Origin: Alphaproteobacteria bacterium
GTDB taxonomy: Bacteria > Pseudomonadota > Alphaproteobacteria > Rs-D84 > CACZYB01
Reading direction: 5' to 3'
Length of the DNA: 64,000 nucleotides
Assembly (NCBI GenBank): GCA_017938435.1
Contig: JAGBBO010000027.1
Span: 2,264-66,263, forward strand
Position numbers and translations under genes: made by a program. Below the pieces are notes generated by a model. That model was not told where the DNA came from, did no database searches, and saw only the letters and a list, made by a program, of their open reading frames with translations. Positions 59,244 through 64,000 of this stretch are shown piece by piece; position 1 is the stretch's first letter; the number at the start of each line of letters is the position of its first letter.

Positions 59244-62015
59244 ATGATACAATATGAAAATCATAGGGGCAACAAAAAAATGAGTAAAAAATTTTTATCA
59301 CAAAACGAAGACACAAATACTAATGAATTATCATCATTAAAAACAAAATATGATGATTTTAACAAACAATATGGTTTCCGAAAGATAAATCCTGTTTATA
59401 TTTATCTTAGTGCTGGAATATTAAGTATTATTTGGGCTAGTCTAATTTGGTATTATGCAAGTAATAGTGTCTATAATTGGTCATCATTTTTCAAAATGCT
59501 TCCTCATGAGTTTGGAGGTTTTCTTGCTGGAACTATTATGCCTATTGGTTTTATTTGGATGGTCGCAATGTATATAGATAGAAATATAAACTCTAATTAT
59601 GAACATAAAGTTATTTACCCATTTTTACAAAGTATAATTGATCCTCATGGTGACACATCTGTTATAACAAAGGTTATTACAAAAAAAATTGAAACAGAAA
59701 CAAACGAACTTAAAAAAACAATAGATAAATTTGTTGATTACTCTGAAAAACTTGCAACTATACATAGTGATGTCGCAAACGAAGTAAAGACAACTATTTC
59801 AGCAATGAAAGAACACGAGGCATCACTAAAAACTATTACAACAGAATTGAATAATTCTACCGATAATGTCGATTTAAAAACAAAAAATATGCTCTCTGAT
59901 ATTGAAAAGCATATTGCAACACTTACTGATGCAACCGATATTGCAGAAAAAAAGACTAATACTATAACAGAAAGTCTTTTAACCGAAACAGATAGACTTG
60001 AAAATACTGTTACAAAAACTGCTGAAATAGTAGAGGCAATTTCAAAAACTATTGATACAAATTCTGATAATATTGATAATGCAACGACTGATGCTGTTCG
60101 CAGAATAAAAGAAGTCGAAGCCACATTCGATACAATTAACGAACGCATTTTATCATCTTCTGAAATCGCAGAAACCCGTGCAAATCAAATACTTGATACC
60201 GTATCAAATAAGTCATCTGAATTCGTAACAAAAGCAAACAGTTCTGCGGAACGAGTAAATGCTGTAATGAACAACATCACAAATTCTATTGATACTATTG
60301 AACGAATAACAAATGAAAACGAAGCAACATCAAAACAAACTCTTGCTATCATAACAAATCAATCAAATAGTATGATTGAAAACCTTCAAAAACAAGCATC
60401 TCGTTTTGAAAATAATTCTAACTCAATATTAAATATTGTTGCCCAAGTCGAAGATAAATTCACTAATATCGATAAAGGTATTGGTTTAATTTCTGAAAAC
60501 ATTATTGCTCATTTCAAAGACATTGCCCAAGAAATAAATAATCAAAAGGAAAACTTGTTTACAACATCTGCCGAAGTTGCAGAAAATATAAATAATGTAT
60601 CAGAAAAAATATTAAATGAAAAAAATAATTTCATCACATCAATTTCTGATATAAAAGATATTGCACAAAATACGACATCAGAAATGAAAGTTTCATCTGG
60701 TGAAATAATTTCTACATCTGATACTATTAAAAATGTGGCAAAAGAAATAAGTGATTTGATGACAAACTCAAGTCATAATTTAAGTAACCAAGCAACCCTT
60801 ACATTAAAAGTAGCAAGTGAAATTAAAGATACATTAAGAAACGAAATTGGCGAACTTGAAGAAGTTGCAAATGCCGTTGCCACCCAAAGTCGTCTTGGAG
60901 AAATGTCTATTGAAGCCGAAGGTAAAAAACTTTCCGATATAACCGAAGGATTGATGATAAAAATCAGTTCTATGAATGGAAAAATTTCATCAACCATCAA
61001 CAACATTTTAAATTTAAGTGGTCAAATAGATAATAAACTTAATGCAATCAATGAAACTATTTTACAAAAAAGTTCACAAGCTGCAAAAATCATCAATGAA
61101 TCTATTGAAAGAAGTTCTAATTCAACAGATTCTTTCAGAAACATTGCATCTACATTCTTGGAAAATTCAATGCGAACAAATACCGAAATTGCAAAACTTA
61201 TTTCTGAACTTAAACAGGAAACTTTGGCTCTCGATTCCACATCAAAATCGACAAAGGAATTGGTCGGAAATATTTCAACCGAACTTATCAGAGCATCACA
61301 ATCTTTACCTGAGTTAAATTCAAATATTTCAACCATTGATGCTAACTTACAAAATACTAATTCAAGTATTGCAAATTCAATAACTCTTACAAATAAAAAG
61401 ACTGCCGAACTCATTGAAAATCTATCTAATATAGAAAAACAATTTTCTAAATTTGTAAGTGAAAAATCATCTGAACTTGAATTTATTTCAAACTCTTCTA
61501 CCCAAGCAATTACAAAGGTTGCAAATTATACAAATAAACTTAGCGAAGAAGCACAAAAAGCTCTTTCTGAATTCAAACTTCAATACGAAGCAGTAGAAGA
61601 GTTGATGAAAAAATCACCTAACAAAACAGTTGAAACAAAAGCTACTATTCCAACAGAAAATTTTCTTAACGAAGCAGGATTTATAATTGAAAAATTAAAT
61701 TCTATTTCCATAGATATTTCTCAAATTTTAAGTCCAGATGTAAGTCAAGATTTATGGAACAGATATAATGCTGGACACAAGAATGTTTTCTCTCGTTACC
61801 TAGCAAAAATGCTTGATAAACGTCAAATTACAGCCCTACAAAACTTGATTACAAAAGATACTAATCTTGCAAACCATATAAAATCATTTGTCGGAGAATT
61901 TAATAATATAATTGTAAAGGCATCCACAACTGATAAAAGTGATATTTTGGTTTCAACCTTAACATCAACTGATATTGGTAAAATTTATATGATTTTAAGA
62001 GAAGTAATTGCCTAA
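59244..62015 (+). CDS. large membrane-anchored coiled-coil protein (hypothetical)
   Basis: Two TM helices near the N-terminus, then about 800 aa of predicted helical N/S/T/E/I-rich sequence. The start may be the internal Met at 59280. Confidence 0.45.
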   Translation: MIQYENHRGNKKMSKKFLSQNEDTNTNELSSLKTKYDDFNKQYGFRKINPVYIYLSAGILSIIWASLIWYYASNSVYNWSSFFKMLPHEFGGFLAGTIMPIGFIWMVAMYIDRNINSNYEHKVIYPFLQSIIDPHGDTSVITKVITKKIETETNELKKTIDKFVDYSEKLATIHSDVANEVKTTISAMKEHEASLKTITTELNNSTDNVDLKTKNMLSDIEKHIATLTDATDIAEKKTNTITESLLTETDRLENTVTKTAEIVEAISKTIDTNSDNIDNATTDAVRRIKEVEATFDTINERILSSSEIAETRANQILDTVSNKSSEFVTKANSSAERVNAVMNNITNSIDTIERITNENEATSKQTLAIITNQSNSMIENLQKQASRFENNSNSILNIVAQVEDKFTNIDKGIGLISENIIAHFKDIAQEINNQKENLFTTSAEVAENINNVSEKILNEKNNFITSISDIKDIAQNTTSEMKVSSGEIISTSDTIKNVAKEISDLMTNSSHNLSNQATLTLKVASEIKDTLRNEIGELEEVANAVATQSRLGEMSIEAEGKKLSDITEGLMIKISSMNGKISSTINNILNLSGQIDNKLNAINETILQKSSQAAKIINESIERSSNSTDSFRNIASTFLENSMRTNTEIAKLISELKQETLALDSTSKSTKELVGNISTELIRASQSLPELNSNISTIDANLQNTNSSIANSITLTNKKTAELIENLSNIEKQFSKFVSEKSSELEFISNSSTQAITKVANYTNKLSEEAQKALSEFKLQYEAVEELMKKSPNKTVETKATIPTENFLNEAGFIIEKLNSISIDISQILSPDVSQDLWNRYNAGHKNVFSRYLAKMLDKRQITALQNLITKDTNLANHIKSFVGEFNNIIVKASTTDKSDILVSTLTSTDIGKIYMILREVIA

Positions 62016-62455
62016 TCATCAAATGGTGTGTGCATAAAAAAATTCTCATCAAATTCAGCAATTTCAAGTTGAAATTTTGCCTCTTCTGACATCTTGGATA
62101 AATCCCATGCTGGATACCATACAACCTTGACTTCCACCTCGCCAACACCATCAACACTTTCCACACTCTCTGCCACCCAAATTGGAATTTCATCAGCCAT
62201 AGGACAAGTTGGAGAAGTCAATGTCATAACTATATTCACATTTCCAGTTTTTTTATCCAATTTTACATCATAAATAAGCCCTAAATTATAAACATCAACA
62301 CTTACTTCTGGATCAAAAACAAGTTGAAGTGCGGCAATCACTGCATCCTTTTTTTTCAAAGGTTTTTGCTTTGCACTTAATGGCTTACCACGACGAACAA
62401 TTATATCCTCAAGTTCTTTTACTTCACCATCCAATTTTATTTTTTCATCAACCAT
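62012..62455 (-). CDS. DUF59/SufT-like Fe-S assembly protein
   Basis: DPE..V....LGL and TSPTCP motifs. Directly downstream of sufS, overlapping by 4 nt. Confidence 0.75.
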   Translation of the reverse strand: MVDEKIKLDGEVKELEDIIVRRGKPLSAKQKPLKKKDAVIAALQLVFDPEVSVDVYNLGLIYDVKLDKKTGNVNIVMTLTSPTCPMADEIPIWVAESVESVDGVGEVEVKVVWYPAWDLSKMSEEAKFQLEIAEFDENFFMHTPFDD

Positions 62456-62458
62456 TTT

Positions 62459-63652
62459 CTACCTCAACATAGATAAAATCTTTTTCAAAGCATCAATAAA
62501 CTTATCAACATCACTTTCATCATTATAAAGTCCAAGAGAAACACGAATACTACTATCAACACCAAATCTTTGATGAAGAGGTTCTGCACAATGTTTTCCA
62601 ACACGCACACATACCCCCTTTTGCCCAAGCAAAAGTCCAATATCAAATGGCGAAATTTCATCAATCACAAATGAAACAATAGAATTTGAATTATTATGAC
62701 TAAGTAGTTTTACACCTTCAATTTTCAAAAGTTCCGATTGTAAATACCTAGTTAAATTTAAACTTTTTTCTTCAATTTTTTCCATCCCAATATTTTGCAA
62801 AAAATCAATCGCTGAACCAAGCCCTACAACTTCAGCAATAGGAGGAGTTCCCGCCTCAAATCTTAATGGAACAGATTTAAAAATCACCTTATCCAAAGAA
62901 ACACTTTCAACCATATCCCCACCAAATTGATAAGGAGGCAACTTATTTAACAAATCTTTTTTACCATACAAAATACCAATACCTGTTGGACCATAAATTT
63001 TATGCCCAGAAAAGGCATAAAAATCAATATCAAAATCGGAAACATCAACCTTTGAATGCACAGTAAGTTGCGCCCCATCAACCAAAACTTTTGCCCCAAC
63101 ATTATGTGCAATTTCAACAATTTTTTTAATATCAGTTTTCACACCCAATACATTTGATTGTCCAGTTACACAAACAAGTTTTGTTTTCCCACTTATATTT
63201 TTATATAGCCAATCATAATCCAACTCTTTATTATCAAGGACCGGTAAATATTTCACCTTAACCCCAATAACTTCTTCCAAATTTTTCCATGGAAGTAAAT
63301 TAGAATGATGCTCCACCTCGGAAACTATAATTTCATCATATTTATTTAAAAGTCGCCCAATCGAAGATGCAAGTAAATTGATTGAATCCGTAGTCCCCTT
63401 TGTAAAAATAATTTCCAAAGAATCTTTCGCTCCAATAAATTTTGCAACTTTTTCCCTTACATCATCATAAATCTGACTTGATTTTTCAGAAAACGCATAA
63501 AGTCCCCTATGAATATTAGAATAAGTATTTTCATAAAATTCAGACATAGCCTTAATCACACAGTCCGGTTTTTGTGCACTTGCGCCACTATCCAAATAAA
63601 CAATATTTGGATTTTGTTTAAAAATTGGAAAAAATTTTCTAAAATCACTCAT
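62459..63652 (-). CDS. sufS: cysteine desulfurase SufS
   Basis: PLP-lysine SGHKIYGP and RVGKHCAEP motifs. 397 aa. Confidence 0.9.
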   Translation of the reverse strand: MSDFRKFFPIFKQNPNIVYLDSGASAQKPDCVIKAMSEFYENTYSNIHRGLYAFSEKSSQIYDDVREKVAKFIGAKDSLEIIFTKGTTDSINLLASSIGRLLNKYDEIIVSEVEHHSNLLPWKNLEEVIGVKVKYLPVLDNKELDYDWLYKNISGKTKLVCVTGQSNVLGVKTDIKKIVEIAHNVGAKVLVDGAQLTVHSKVDVSDFDIDFYAFSGHKIYGPTGIGILYGKKDLLNKLPPYQFGGDMVESVSLDKVIFKSVPLRFEAGTPPIAEVVGLGSAIDFLQNIGMEKIEEKSLNLTRYLQSELLKIEGVKLLSHNNSNSIVSFVIDEISPFDIGLLLGQKGVCVRVGKHCAEPLHQRFGVDSSIRVSLGLYNDESDVDKFIDALKKILSMLR

Positions 63653-63734
63653 AAAAAAATATACCTATTGCTTTTTTAATAAAACTTACTATATAATATA
63701 ATATACTTAAAACAAATAAACAAGGAGAAAAAAT

Positions 63735-64000
63735 ATGGCATTCACAGCAGTAAATGATGTAAATTTCGAAGAAGAAGTTTTAAAATCAGACAAGGTTACA
63801 CTCGTTGACTTTTGGGCTCAATGGTGTGGTCCTTGCAGACAATTTTTACCAGTTGTAGAAGAAGTTTCAAACGAAATGGGCGACACTGTAAAATTCTGTA
63901 AAATGAATGTTGATGAAGGAAGGGAAACTCCTGCAAAATATGGCATTACTGGAATCCCAACAATCATTATGTTTAAAAATGGTGAAGTTATTGCAAGCAA
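63735..64000 (+). CDS. trxA: thioredoxin (partial; runs off the window end)
   Basis: WAQWCGPCRQ active site. RBS aaggag 8 nt upstream. Confidence 0.85.
   Translation, partial: MAFTAVNDVNFEEEVLKSDKVTLVDFWAQWCGPCRQFLPVVEEVSNEMGDTVKFCKMNVDEGRETPAKYGITGIPTIIMFKNGEVIAS

Noticed and set aside
1-64000. Possibility of an alternative genetic code (UGA read as Trp or Gly) suggested by the in-frame TGA at 16266
   Set aside because: leuS, valS, uvrC, ffh, sufS and others are full length and uninterrupted under code 11. The TGA is an isolated event.
1-64000. CRISPR arrays and rRNA genes
   Set aside because: No regularly spaced direct repeats with unique spacers and no rRNA-like conserved blocks were seen. 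The only tRNA is tRNA-Leu at 54316..54406.

Overview
This window is about 64 kb of AT-rich (roughly 30% GC by eye) chromosome from a Gram-negative bacterium, probably a proteobacterium. Supporting genes are an Hda-like DnaA paralogue, an AcrAB-type RND pump, BamE-like and SPOR lipoproteins, and a DUF2066 gene next to hda. Standard genetic code is assumed because leuS, valS, uvrC and ffh are all full length under code 11.

Housekeeping genes: leuS, valS, uvrC, ffh, phosphoglucomutase, sufS with a DUF59/SufT gene, trxA (partial at the window end), tsaC/yrdC, a cspA-family cold-shock gene, and an RlmC/RumB-like m5U RNA methyltransferase.

Accessory content:
1. A tandemly duplicated MORN-like lipoprotein gene pair (4.6-6.3 kb). 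The second copy carries a 90-bp in-frame tandem repeat with a nonsense codon.
2. An RND permease plus membrane-fusion protein pair without an outer-membrane factor.
3. Two large Cys-rich secreted proteins. One is interrupted by a single in-frame TGA. The other lies next to a type IV pilin-like gene.
4. An approximately 11 kb surface-glycan (LOS/LPS-type) locus at 31.5-42.6 kb. It has GT8, GT2, RgpF-like and GT4 enzymes, a phosphoethanolamine-transferase-like protein, and a DHHW/MBOAT O-acetylation pair. One GT2 gene contains a poly-G(8) tract, a likely phase-variation site.
5. An approximately 10.8 kb integrative island (43563..54332). It sits at the 3' end of tRNA-Leu(UAA) and is bounded by a 37-bp direct repeat. 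It carries a tyrosine integrase, a hipBA toxin-antitoxin pair, and a C5-cytosine DNA methyltransferase translationally coupled to an MT-A70-like protein whose DPPW motif is degenerate. It also carries a small HUH-motif protein preceded by AGGATTT/AAATCCT repeats, a three-gene small-ORF operon, and a BcgI-like (Type IIB-like) restriction-modification pair. In that pair one 638-aa subunit appears to fuse a PD-(D/E)xK nuclease domain to an NPPY adenine methyltransferase. The HsdS-like specificity gene beside it is split by a poly-G(7) tract, and a +1 G slip would rejoin it.

The island, with its phase-variable restriction-modification system and its coupled methyltransferase / pseudo-methyltransferase / HUH module, is the most likely place for a previously undescribed system. 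No CRISPR array or rRNA gene was seen.
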